A stretch of DNA of 64,000 bases, from positions 139,165 to 203,164 of the forward strand of contig CBDAFS010000062.1 in NCBI GenBank assembly GCA_965195285.1. The letters run 5' to 3'. The DNA comes from an uncultured Aminicenantes bacterium (GTDB lineage Bacteria; Acidobacteriota; Aminicenantia; UBA2199). The notes under the pieces were generated by a model that worked only from the letters and a program-made list of their open reading frames with translations, searched no databases and had not been told where the DNA came from. This document shows, piece after piece, positions 1 through 8,494 of this stretch (within the stretch, counting starts at the first letter, position 1; every line of letters starts with the position of its first letter). A program made the position numbers and the translations under genes.

Positions 1-4
1 TTTT

Positions 5-997
5 GTGAATTCCGGCAGTGAAGCCAACGAACTGGCCCTGCGCATCGCCAAGACCTGTACCGGACACAGAGATTTTGTGGTCATCGATCATGCCTATCAC
101 GGCAATACCAATGCGGTCATTGAGATCAGCCCCTATAAATTCGATGGGCCCGGCGGCACCGGCCAGTCCCCACATGTCCACAAGGTCCGGATGCCCGATA
201 CCTACCGGGGTGAATTCCGGGAGGATGATCCAAAAGCCGGATTAAAATACGGCCGGGATATCGACCAGGCCCTCAGGAAAATCAAACAGACCGGAAAGGG
301 CATTGCCGGGTTTATTGCCGAATCCATCAGCAGTGTCGGGGGTCAAATATTTCTGCCTGCCCATTATCTCGAATCTATTTACGAACAGGTGCGAAAAGCC
401 GGGGGCCTCTGTATCGCCGATGAAGTCCAGGTGGGGTTCGGACGGGTGGGCAGCCATTTCTGGGCCTTCGAATTACAGGATGTGGTACCGGATATAGTGA
501 CCATGGGCAAACCCATGGGCAACGGCCATCCGATAGCAGCCGTGGTAACCACTCCCGAGATCGATGCGGCCTTTAACAAGGGCATGGAATACTTCAATAC
601 CTTTGGAGGTAATCCCGTGGCCTGCACCATCGGCCTGTCGGTATTAGAGGTGATCCGGAGCGAAAATCTGCAACAACACGCTTCAGAGGTGGGAAAATAT
701 TTCCTCGAACAGCTAGAAGAATTAATGAAGGAGCACGATCTGATCGGCGATGTACGGGGATCGGGATTGTTTCTGGGTATCGAACTGGTCCTGGACCGCT
801 CCAGCCTGGAACCGGCTAAAGAACATGCCTATGATATTGCCAATCGAATGCGGGAGAACGGAATCCTTATCAGCATCGACGGTCCGCTTCACAATGTGAT
901 AAAAATCAAGCCCCCCCTGGTTTTCAATAAAAAGGATGCTGACCGCTATGTCGAACAGCTGGACCGGATACTCAACATAAAACGGACATTAGATTGA
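5..997 (+). CDS. Class III PLP aminotransferase / phospho-lyase (ETNPPL/PHYKPL-like); 5' end probably outside the window
   Basis: [20 protein letters not shown] and TMGKPMGNG (PLP Lys) motifs; FNTFGGNP. Confidence 0.85.
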   Translation: MNSGSEANELALRIAKTCTGHRDFVVIDHAYHGNTNAVIEISPYKFDGPGGTGQSPHVHKVRMPDTYRGEFREDDPKAGLKYGRDIDQALRKIKQTGKGIAGFIAESISSVGGQIFLPAHYLESIYEQVRKAGGLCIADEVQVGFGRVGSHFWAFELQDVVPDIVTMGKPMGNGHPIAAVVTTPEIDAAFNKGMEYFNTFGGNPVACTIGLSVLEVIRSENLQQHASEVGKYFLEQLEELMKEHDLIGDVRGSGLFLGIELVLDRSSLEPAKEHAYDIANRMRENGILISIDGPLHNVIKIKPPLVFNKKDADRYVEQLDRILNIKRTLD

Positions 998-1018
998 ATC
1001 GGTTTTTATGACCCTCAT

Positions 1019-1867
1019 TTAAAATTCAACCCCGAAACGTTTTCTCAAGGCTAATACAATGATGATCACCAGGATCAGGTGATAGACCAACCAGTGGGTT
1101 TTCAATCCTAACAGGGAAACACTCTTGGCCGGATATCGGAGAGAAAGGGTGTCGACCGGACCGACATTTTTAATTAATTTTTCAGCCGGATAGATAAAAT
1201 GGTCGACAGAGGATTTTCCCATTTTTTTGTTCGAAAGGGATTCCGTATTTTTACCGATCACCAGGTTTTTACTGATTATCTGCTCATTGACCTGAACCCG
1301 AATATCAGTATGGCCCGGTTTCAGGCACTTCAACTTCCAGTTTACTTCACGGATGGGTCTGGTGCGTTCATCATCCTCATAGGCATTGATAAAAACCGGA
1401 TTCATCACCGGCTTAAAATGGTCGCTGTCCAGCAACCGGATTTTCATACCTTTCGGATCGGAATTCAACCGGGCCTTGAATACAAAAATATCGTCCGGTT
1501 CAAAGGGCCTCATCCCGTAGCGGATGTCCATTTGAACAAATATAGGGAAAAGAATGGGAATGATGATGAGCACGGGACCGATATTCAGCATGAAATACTT
1601 CAGGGTATAAAACAGACTTTTAAAAAAAGATCCGGTAATCACCCTCCAGAAATCTTTGTACAGCCTGATGGCTAATATGCTGGATTTTATTTTATTTTTG
1701 GTATCCTTGATCCGGGTCGGAGAAGATATATATTTGAAGATGACCAGTACGATCAGAGAGATCAAAATGCTCAGAAAGAGAATGGCCAAAAAATCCCCCA
1801 AAAATCCAAAAGGGTACAGTATCACATCAAATACTTTGGTAATGAAAAAATTAACCTGCTGTATCAT
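1019..1867 (-). CDS. Membrane protein with DUF106/EMC3/TMCO1 (Oxa1 superfamily)-like topology and an inserted extracytoplasmic beta-rich domain
   Basis: Amphipathic helix-TM1-basic helical hairpin-TM2-soluble domain-TM3 ending WLVYHLIL...LRKRFG; ATG directly abuts the upstream stop. Confidence 0.6.
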   Translation of the reverse strand: MIQQVNFFITKVFDVILYPFGFLGDFLAILFLSILISLIVLVIFKYISSPTRIKDTKNKIKSSILAIRLYKDFWRVITGSFFKSLFYTLKYFMLNIGPVLIIIPILFPIFVQMDIRYGMRPFEPDDIFVFKARLNSDPKGMKIRLLDSDHFKPVMNPVFINAYEDDERTRPIREVNWKLKCLKPGHTDIRVQVNEQIISKNLVIGKNTESLSNKKMGKSSVDHFIYPAEKLIKNVGPVDTLSLRYPAKSVSLLGLKTHWLVYHLILVIIIVLALRKRFGVEF

Positions 1868-2056
1868 TTAGGATATGTATCCCAGCCCGCTCAACTTGTC
1901 AGCCTGTTCCTCTTTGTTATCATCGGATTTAATGGTTTCATATTCCTTATTGATCAGATTATCAATGAGTTCTTCCACCGAAGAATATCCGTGAAAGGCC
2001 AGGATCTCATCCACTTTCTGGGCACTTTCATTGCTGAGTTTTACTTTTTTTGCCAT
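1868..2056 (-). CDS. Small ribbon-helix-helix (CopG-like) protein with C-terminal LxxLGY tail
   Basis: KVKL strand, GYSSVEELI turn, acidic linker, DKLSGLGYIS end; AGGAG SD. Confidence 0.7.
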   Translation of the reverse strand: MAKKVKLSNESAQKVDEILAFHGYSSVEELIDNLINKEYETIKSDDNKEEQADKLSGLGYIS

Positions 2057-2065
2057 TTCTTTCTC

Positions 2066-4036
2066 CTAAATTAGCGATCTTCCCTTTACCGTAGGAACAT
2101 TTTCGATCCCGAAATATTTCAGAATGGTCGGGGCAACATCCCGGATATGGGGGATTTTGGTATTGATCTTGAAATTTGAAACAAAACTGGCCGGTACATG
2201 AACCGGATCGATGAGATGATCTCCGGACCACCAGTCCATATTATCACTGAGCATCTCTTTGGAAAATCCGCCCAGGGCAGCTCCGTCACCACAGCGGTAT
2301 CCCTTATTGAATCCCATGATGATATCGGGTGCCCGGTCAATGAAATCCTTGGAAAAATAATCTTCGGATATATAAGCCTGGGAGATTACCTGTTGTCCGT
2401 TCTGAGGATCTTTGATCATTTCCAGCTTGGCCTTGATCTCTTCCAGAAGTTTTCTCCTTTCCTCCGGTTTTACAATACCCTGGGCTTCCCGTCCCTTTAA
2501 ATTCAAGTACAATCCGTTAAGCCCCATGAAATAGGCCTTGGTGTTGTTCCAATCCCCATACCCTAACAAATCAACATCTTCGGAGATACCATCGACAGTC
2601 AGCTTTTGATAACCCTCCTGGTATAACCAGTTGTTTATATTTACCTGTCGGCGATAGGGATTGAATCCATGGTCCGAGACTACCAGTATGGAAACATCTT
2701 CGGGGCATCTCTTGAGCACATCCCCGAGAATACGGTCATGCATGCGATAGAGCTCATGGTGGATGTAGCCATATTTCTTCTGGGCTTCGGGCTTATAAAA
2801 GGGATGATCCTTGTCATTCAAGGCCCAGCACATGTGCTGGCCCTGATCCGCCGCCGAAAAATAGAAAAACAGAAATCCGCTCTTCTTCTGAAGAAATCGA
2901 TCAAACTCATATTTAAAAATCTTCTTACTTTCCTCGAAAACCGACAGGGACTGAACGATATAGTTTTCCATAGAAAAAGTACCCTGACTCAGGGCTTTGG
3001 TATCAGCAGGCAAATTAATGGTATGAAAAAGGCCGCAGTGCTCAGCCAGTTCCTTGCTGTAAGAAGAAGGAGTGCTGATGGACAGGGCCGGATCCCGGGG
3101 ACTGATATGAATCGGTGACACATACAGCCTGAATTTTTCCCCCATCTCCATCAGGTAAAACCTGACCATCCCGGTGACGCTGCTGATGTTTGGAATCAGG
3201 GGAAATTTGATTTCCACCCATCCGGATAATTGTTTTTCGGATAACAATATTTCTTTGCCCTGAACATCTATTCTGGCGGTTTTGTGCTGGTAATCCAGAT
3301 AGGCGCGGAAGGGGATCTCCACATTTTCACCATCCTCCACCAGGTCATTTTTGGGGCCTTCAATAATCCCATTCTCCATCACATGATCATCGTTGATGTA
3401 AGCATAGTACATGTTGTTGGGTGAAATATCCTTTTCGGATTCCTCTTCATCCGAGGTAAATAGGGTATATATCCCGTAAGTCCCCATGATGTCCGGGGTA
3501 CCCATACCGGAAATGGTTCGCTGGTTACTATCCGAAGGGGGGTAATTATTGGGGATCTTAAAGATGGTGGCATCCACATCCCGTTCTTCGAGGTAATCCC
3601 AGAAGGCTTTCCCTTCCCGCTTTAAAACCACTTTTCCGGATTTCAGGGGTATTTTGTATTTCCCTAACTTTACAATCCATTCGGAGGGAAAGGTCTCGGC
3701 CCAGGATGGGATGGGGAAATAATTGTTAGGATCCCGGTGTACCCAGTCAAAAATACCGAAAGTTCCGGGATCTGATCCGGTGATGAAACTCCCCCAGGCA
3801 ACCGGGCTGTGGGGAGGGATGGTGGTCCTCATCATGGTAAAAGTCCCTCTCTGGGCCAGTTTCTTCATATTGGGCATCTGCCCCTGTTGCATCAACCGAT
3901 AGGTGATCATCGGATCCATGCCATCGATACCCAGAACAATCATTTTTTTTGATCCGGGTCCGGCGGAGGCAAAGTTCATGAATGGTGTTGCCGCCAATAC
4001 CATTCCCGTATTTCGAATAAATTCTCGTCGTCTCAT
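2066..4036 (-). CDS. Alkaline phosphatase superfamily phosphodiesterase/nucleotide pyrophosphatase-like protein with twin-arginine signal
   Basis: MRRREFIR Tat motif; GIDGMD, PPHSPVAW, DQGQH, SDHGF, GDH metal/nucleophile motifs. Confidence 0.85.
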   Translation of the reverse strand: MRRREFIRNTGMVLAATPFMNFASAGPGSKKMIVLGIDGMDPMITYRLMQQGQMPNMKKLAQRGTFTMMRTTIPPHSPVAWGSFITGSDPGTFGIFDWVHRDPNNYFPIPSWAETFPSEWIVKLGKYKIPLKSGKVVLKREGKAFWDYLEERDVDATIFKIPNNYPPSDSNQRTISGMGTPDIMGTYGIYTLFTSDEEESEKDISPNNMYYAYINDDHVMENGIIEGPKNDLVEDGENVEIPFRAYLDYQHKTARIDVQGKEILLSEKQLSGWVEIKFPLIPNISSVTGMVRFYLMEMGEKFRLYVSPIHISPRDPALSISTPSSYSKELAEHCGLFHTINLPADTKALSQGTFSMENYIVQSLSVFEESKKIFKYEFDRFLQKKSGFLFFYFSAADQGQHMCWALNDKDHPFYKPEAQKKYGYIHHELYRMHDRILGDVLKRCPEDVSILVVSDHGFNPYRRQVNINNWLYQEGYQKLTVDGISEDVDLLGYGDWNNTKAYFMGLNGLYLNLKGREAQGIVKPEERRKLLEEIKAKLEMIKDPQNGQQVISQAYISEDYFSKDFIDRAPDIIMGFNKGYRCGDGAALGGFSKEMLSDNMDWWSGDHLIDPVHVPASFVSNFKINTKIPHIRDVAPTILKYFGIENVPTVKGRSLI

Positions 4037-4069
4037 TTCAAATCCCCTTTGTTTTCATTCCATGACTCT

Positions 4070-6157
4070 TCATTGAACCTTCAGGTTTTTTCCTTCAATA
4101 AAGGACGGTGGTTCAATGCCAAAAACAGATAACACCGTGGGCGAGATATCAAGCAGAGAAGGATCTGCCTCCGATATTTTTTTATTACTGAAAAATATCC
4201 CGGGCACCTGTTCTCTGGTCAGGGCATGATCCCCGCTCCACATCTTCAGGTTATCGGAAAAACACCGATCACCCACATAATTCACGGTGGATTCCCAGGA
4301 TACCCGGTGGCCGATATTATAGCCCACGACAATATCCGGTGCATTATCCACATAGGGCCCGCGGTATATTTCTTCCCGCTTGTAAACCGATTTTAAAACC
4401 CGGGTACGGGTCTTGTCATCGATCACCTTGAGTAATTTATCTTTAATTTCACTTTTGATTTTTTCTGCTTCCGGGCCTCTATTCACGATTCCCTGTTTTT
4501 CCCTTCCCTTCATATTGAGGAAAATTCCGTTGAGCCCCTGGCCATAAGCCCTGGATTTTGACCAGTCAACATCGGCATACCATTTACCGCTTTCCTTTTT
4601 ACCGTCCTTCAATACCAGATAGCCCTGCTGGTGAAGCCAGGTATTCAAGTGAAATTCGCGATTGAAGGCATTAAATCCATGGTCGGAAACAATCATCAGC
4701 AGGTCATTTTTATTGATGCGGGGTAATAGTTTCCCCAAAAAATCATCCATGGCCCGGTAGGATTCATAGATGGCATTCACAATATGGCTGTCTTTGGAAG
4801 GTTTATCGGCCGGGGAACCGGAATGCTTCAGATACCTCCAGAACATGTGCTGGATTCGATCGGTTGCCTCAAAAACCTGAACCAGCAGCCCCTGCTTGAA
4901 TTTCCCGAACGTATTAAAAAATATCTTCTCCCGTTCTTGCTGGGTATTGTATACCTGCTGAAGAAAAACGTCCTCTGACAGAATCCCTTCGTTTACCGCC
5001 CAGGTGTCCTCGGCCTGGCCCAGTGTGGCAAAGGCCCCCAGTAATTTTGACAGATAAACCGAAAAGATTTTGGGATGGGATACGGGCATGGAAGGTTTTT
5101 CCGGGTCAATGTTGATGGGAGACAGATACAGTTTGATGGGATCGGTGTCTTCCAAAACCCACTGGGCAATCCCGGATATTTTAATCAATCCGGCCTTAAA
5201 TTCCAGGGGAATCCAGATTGAGAGTTTTTTGCTCTCGATCCGGTACTTATCCTTGCCTATCTCAATCTCCCCCGAACCATTGCCCTTATTCAGGGTAAAT
5301 TTAAAATCCAGCTCCAGGGGGGGATTGCCCCGTACAAAGGGATTGGCAGGACCTTTGATCGTTCCGGCATAGCAATTTTCATCAGTTTTTTCCAGCTTTT
5401 CGTAGATTCCTTCCGAAATATCGAAATCCTTGTCTTTGCCGTCAGAATAAAAACTAAAACTGCCCTGGGATCCTCTCAAATCAGGAGTACTGAGACCGGA
5501 AAGCATGCAACCGTAGAACTTTTCGGCCGGAAAGGTAAAAGGCACCCGTAAAACAGCTGAATATATCCCCTTGCTGCTGACAATTTTCCAGAAACTTTTG
5601 CTCTTGCGCTTCCATTCGATCTTGGGCTTGGAAATGGGTATGGTCAGCTTTCCGATATTTAACACCCGCTTGGGGGGAAGGATATCGGAACTGGCCAGTT
5701 TGGGCATGTAGGTATTCCGGTCCGTGGTTAAAAAATCAAAAATATTGTGTTTTCCGGGATTCACCCCGGTAGAAAAGGTCGACCAGGCCACCGGAGAAAT
5801 GGGGGGTTCCGTACTCCATAATGGAGTGAAGGTGCCGGATTCGGAAACACGGTCAAAATTCGGGAATGATTTTCCTTCTTTTTTGAACCGCTTCATAAGA
5901 TTGTAATCCATTCCATCAAAACCCACAACGATCACCCTTTTATATTTGGCTTTTTTTAAGGTTCGGATCCTTTTCAAGAATTTAAAGAAGGTTCTGACCG
6001 GAAAGGTCAGCAGGTTAAAAAAGGCTAAGAAAAAGGCCACAAATATAAAGAAAAAAGATCCCACAAAAGCAAAACCCGCTCCGGGCCCCACATAGGAAAA
6101 TATAGGACAGACCAGAAATAAAAGCGAGAGGAATACGATAACCTTTACTTTTCTCAT
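4070..6157 (-). CDS. Alkaline phosphatase superfamily phosphodiesterase-like protein with N-terminal signal + YxGPG motif + TM anchor
   Basis: GFDGMD, PPISPVAW, DRIQH, SDHGF, GDH; start reassigned to ATG 6157 (MRKVKV) because the ORF-track start at 6301 overlaps the Fur gene. Confidence 0.85.
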   Translation of the reverse strand: MRKVKVIVFLSLLFLVCPIFSYVGPGAGFAFVGSFFFIFVAFFLAFFNLLTFPVRTFFKFLKRIRTLKKAKYKRVIVVGFDGMDYNLMKRFKKEGKSFPNFDRVSESGTFTPLWSTEPPISPVAWSTFSTGVNPGKHNIFDFLTTDRNTYMPKLASSDILPPKRVLNIGKLTIPISKPKIEWKRKSKSFWKIVSSKGIYSAVLRVPFTFPAEKFYGCMLSGLSTPDLRGSQGSFSFYSDGKDKDFDISEGIYEKLEKTDENCYAGTIKGPANPFVRGNPPLELDFKFTLNKGNGSGEIEIGKDKYRIESKKLSIWIPLEFKAGLIKISGIAQWVLEDTDPIKLYLSPINIDPEKPSMPVSHPKIFSVYLSKLLGAFATLGQAEDTWAVNEGILSEDVFLQQVYNTQQEREKIFFNTFGKFKQGLLVQVFEATDRIQHMFWRYLKHSGSPADKPSKDSHIVNAIYESYRAMDDFLGKLLPRINKNDLLMIVSDHGFNAFNREFHLNTWLHQQGYLVLKDGKKESGKWYADVDWSKSRAYGQGLNGIFLNMKGREKQGIVNRGPEAEKIKSEIKDKLLKVIDDKTRTRVLKSVYKREEIYRGPYVDNAPDIVVGYNIGHRVSWESTVNYVGDRCFSDNLKMWSGDHALTREQVPGIFFSNKKISEADPSLLDISPTVLSVFGIEPPSFIEGKNLKVQ

Positions 6158-6162
6158 CAATA

Positions 6163-6191
6163 ATGTTAACACAGTTTTACTCAAGCGTCCA
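6163..6191 (-). promoter_or_regulatory. Putative sigma-70 promoter, leaderless transcript for the AlkP operon
   Basis: TGGACG-N17-TAACAT with extended TG; ATG 5 nt downstream; no SD. Confidence 0.45.
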
Positions 6192-6267
6192 TCATGAAAC
6201 ATGTTCAAATCCCCATTTGTAATTTCCATCTTCAATGGCACCATACCGTCTTTCATATGATGGTTGT

Positions 6268-6726
6268 CTATCTTGTTTGGTGTTTCTGACATTGGTTGCA
6301 AAACCCTTCTAAAATTACCTTCTTGCTCAACACCCGGTATTGTTTTTTCAGAACCGGGGGAATCTTCAGGTTATCATAGGCCGGATGGTAGATATCAATG
6401 ATGTCATCGCAGCGAAGACATCTGAAATGGTGATGATCCGACAGATTGGGATCAAAACGGCGCGGATTGCCATAACCTTCCACGACTCTCACGATTCCGA
6501 CTTTTGAAAAAGTCAACAGGGTTCGGTTCACCGTGTCAAATGAAATATTGGGAAAAATCTTTTTGGCCCTTTTAAACAGTTTTTCCGCACTGGGATGTTC
6601 TCTGGATTCGACCAGTTCCCGGTATAACATCAACCGCTGCGGGGTCAATTTCAGCTTATGCTGTTTACACTTCTCGATAAAACGATCCATATCAAGATCC
6701 CGGTCACCAAATTCATCTTTTTTCAT
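6268..6726 (-). CDS. perR: Fur-family transcriptional repressor, PerR-like
   Basis: LTPQR, HPSAE, SFDTVNRTL, HHHFRCLRC and GFCNQC Zn motifs. Confidence 0.85.
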   Translation of the reverse strand: MKKDEFGDRDLDMDRFIEKCKQHKLKLTPQRLMLYRELVESREHPSAEKLFKRAKKIFPNISFDTVNRTLLTFSKVGIVRVVEGYGNPRRFDPNLSDHHHFRCLRCDDIIDIYHPAYDNLKIPPVLKKQYRVLSKKVILEGFCNQCQKHQTR

Positions 6727-6732
6727 CTCATT

Positions 6733-6761
6733 ACTATATAGTATTCGTTCCTATTTGTCAA
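6733..6761 (-). promoter_or_regulatory. Sigma-70 promoter of perR with PerR-box-like spacer
   Basis: TTGACA-N17-TATAGT, ATG 6 nt downstream; spacer AATAGGAACGAATACTA is an imperfect palindrome. Confidence 0.6.
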
Positions 6762-6814
6762 CATGTTTGAAAAAAAAGAAAGGTCGGAAAAATTATCTTA
6801 AAAATGCCGTTTAT

Positions 6815-7216
6815 CTAAAAGTGATAGAGGTCAAAGAGGGTTAAAATTCCGTAAACCACTCCGATCAGCAACATCACGCTTAAAATGATCAACACCCATC
6901 CATATTCAAATTGTCCCCTGGAATCCCAGGACAGGGTATCTAAAAACTGATGATATTCTTGAGACGGATTGGGAATCCGGACGCCCAGTTCGGTTGAACG
7001 CTTCCGCGGACCCTGGTTGCGAACCCATTGAATGATACCCTGAAAGTTCAGGTTTTTATTCTCCGCTTTCAGGGCGATATCGATATCGCGGGGAGTTTTG
7101 GAAAGTGGGGTGGACACCCTGAGACCATTCCGGGAAATATCAACCAGGGTGCCGGGCTTATTATTGACCTTTAGAATCATGTTTTTTTTGATTCGTTTGT
7201 ATTTACGTCTATCCAT
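6815..7216 (-). CDS. PilZ-domain protein with C-terminal TM helix
   Basis: RRKYKR (RxxxR) and DISRNG (DxSxxG) c-di-GMP motifs; GGAG SD before ATG 7216. Confidence 0.8.
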   Translation of the reverse strand: MDRRKYKRIKKNMILKVNNKPGTLVDISRNGLRVSTPLSKTPRDIDIALKAENKNLNFQGIIQWVRNQGPRKRSTELGVRIPNPSQEYHQFLDTLSWDSRGQFEYGWVLIILSVMLLIGVVYGILTLFDLYHF

Positions 7217-7315
7217 ATCTGTCGACTCCAAATATTTTATATCATAATAAAATCAAAAATCAACAGAAATAGTGTTAAAAATTATTTTTATTTATATCCG
7301 GACAATCGGAATCAA

Positions 7316-8494
7316 TTAAAAAAACTTTTTAATATTGATCAGGACAACTATTAAAAATACGATTAAAAAAATAATATTCTGGAGCAGATTGTTCCGATAT
7401 TTGCCTACTTCCTTTTTGTTGAGCAGATAAAAAATAAAAACGGATACCAGCGGAAGCAGCAGGGCGTTGGTCACCTGGGCCAGCACAATCAGCTGCAGCG
7501 GTTTCAGGGAAGTCATACTGACCAGCATGCCAAAACCAATCACGGTCAAAAATACCAGAGAAAACCGCCAATCTTTCTCTTTCCAGCCGAATAATCCCGC
7601 CGCTGTCCAGGCGGCTGCATAGGGGGCGGTAATTGCTGAGGAGAGTCCGGCCGAAAAAAACCCAATCCCCAAGAATACCTTAGCCAGTTCTCCTCCGTAT
7701 AAGGGGGCTAACTGAAGGGAAAGATCAACCGGACTTTGAATCACCAGGCTCTTGGAGTAATAGGCAACCGAAGCGGTGACAATAACCGAAATGGTAATCG
7801 CCCCCCCCAGCCCGATGGACAGCAGGGTGTCTTTTCTCATCCAGGAAATGTCCTGATGATCTTTCCACTTCTTTAAAATGACGGCGGAATGAAGAAAAAG
7901 ATTGTAGGGAACCACAGTGGTTCCCAGTAAAGCCAGAATCAAGATCAGGGAATTATCCGGAATCCGGGGAATAAAACCTTTCAATATTTCACCGAAATCA
8001 GGTCTGACAATCATGGCAGAAATAAAAAAACTCAGACCCATCAATACCACCAGGGCAATCAACAACCTTTCAATGAGAATGTAATTTTTCCATATCAACA
8101 GAAATACCGCCATAAAACTGATCAAAATAGACCAGATCGTCACATCTATATGGGTTAACATATTCAATCCCAGACTGCCGCCGATAATATTGCCGGCTTC
8201 ATAGGCCGCACAGCCCACAATAATGGCGGTAAAGGCCAGGATTTGAAAGGTATATTTCAATATTTTCCTTTCACTGAGCTTCACCAGAGCAGAGGCCACA
8301 TCCATCCCGGTTGAAAGTGAAAACCGCCCCACCATTTCCTGAAGAACAATGGCTGCCAGGGTGGCAATGACCACCACCCAGATCAATCCGAATCCAAACC
8401 GGGCCCCGGCCAGGGTTGAGGAGGTTATGGTCCCAGGACCGATAAAAGCAGCCGCTACCAAAAAACCGGGCCCAAACCTATTCTTTTTTCCCAT
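7316..8494 (-). CDS. NRAMP-family (YcsG-like) transporter
   Basis: GPGFLVAAAFIGPGT, GTTVVPYNLFLH, ~11 TM; GGAGG SD inside hyuB. Confidence 0.8.
   Translation of the reverse strand: MGKKNRFGPGFLVAAAFIGPGTITSSTLAGARFGFGLIWVVVIATLAAIVLQEMVGRFSLSTGMDVASALVKLSERKILKYTFQILAFTAIIVGCAAYEAGNIIGGSLGLNMLTHIDVTIWSILISFMAVFLLIWKNYILIERLLIALVVLMGLSFFISAMIVRPDFGEILKGFIPRIPDNSLILILALLGTTVVPYNLFLHSAVILKKWKDHQDISWMRKDTLLSIGLGGAITISVIVTASVAYYSKSLVIQSPVDLSLQLAPLYGGELAKVFLGIGFFSAGLSSAITAPYAAAWTAAGLFGWKEKDWRFSLVFLTVIGFGMLVSMTSLKPLQLIVLAQVTNALLLPLVSVFIFYLLNKKEVGKYRNNLLQNIIFLIVFLIVVLINIKKFF

Noticed and set aside
6158-6301. N-terminal extension of the 743-aa AlkP ORF
   Set aside because: Overlaps the perR end; the signal peptide and a promoter point to ATG 6157
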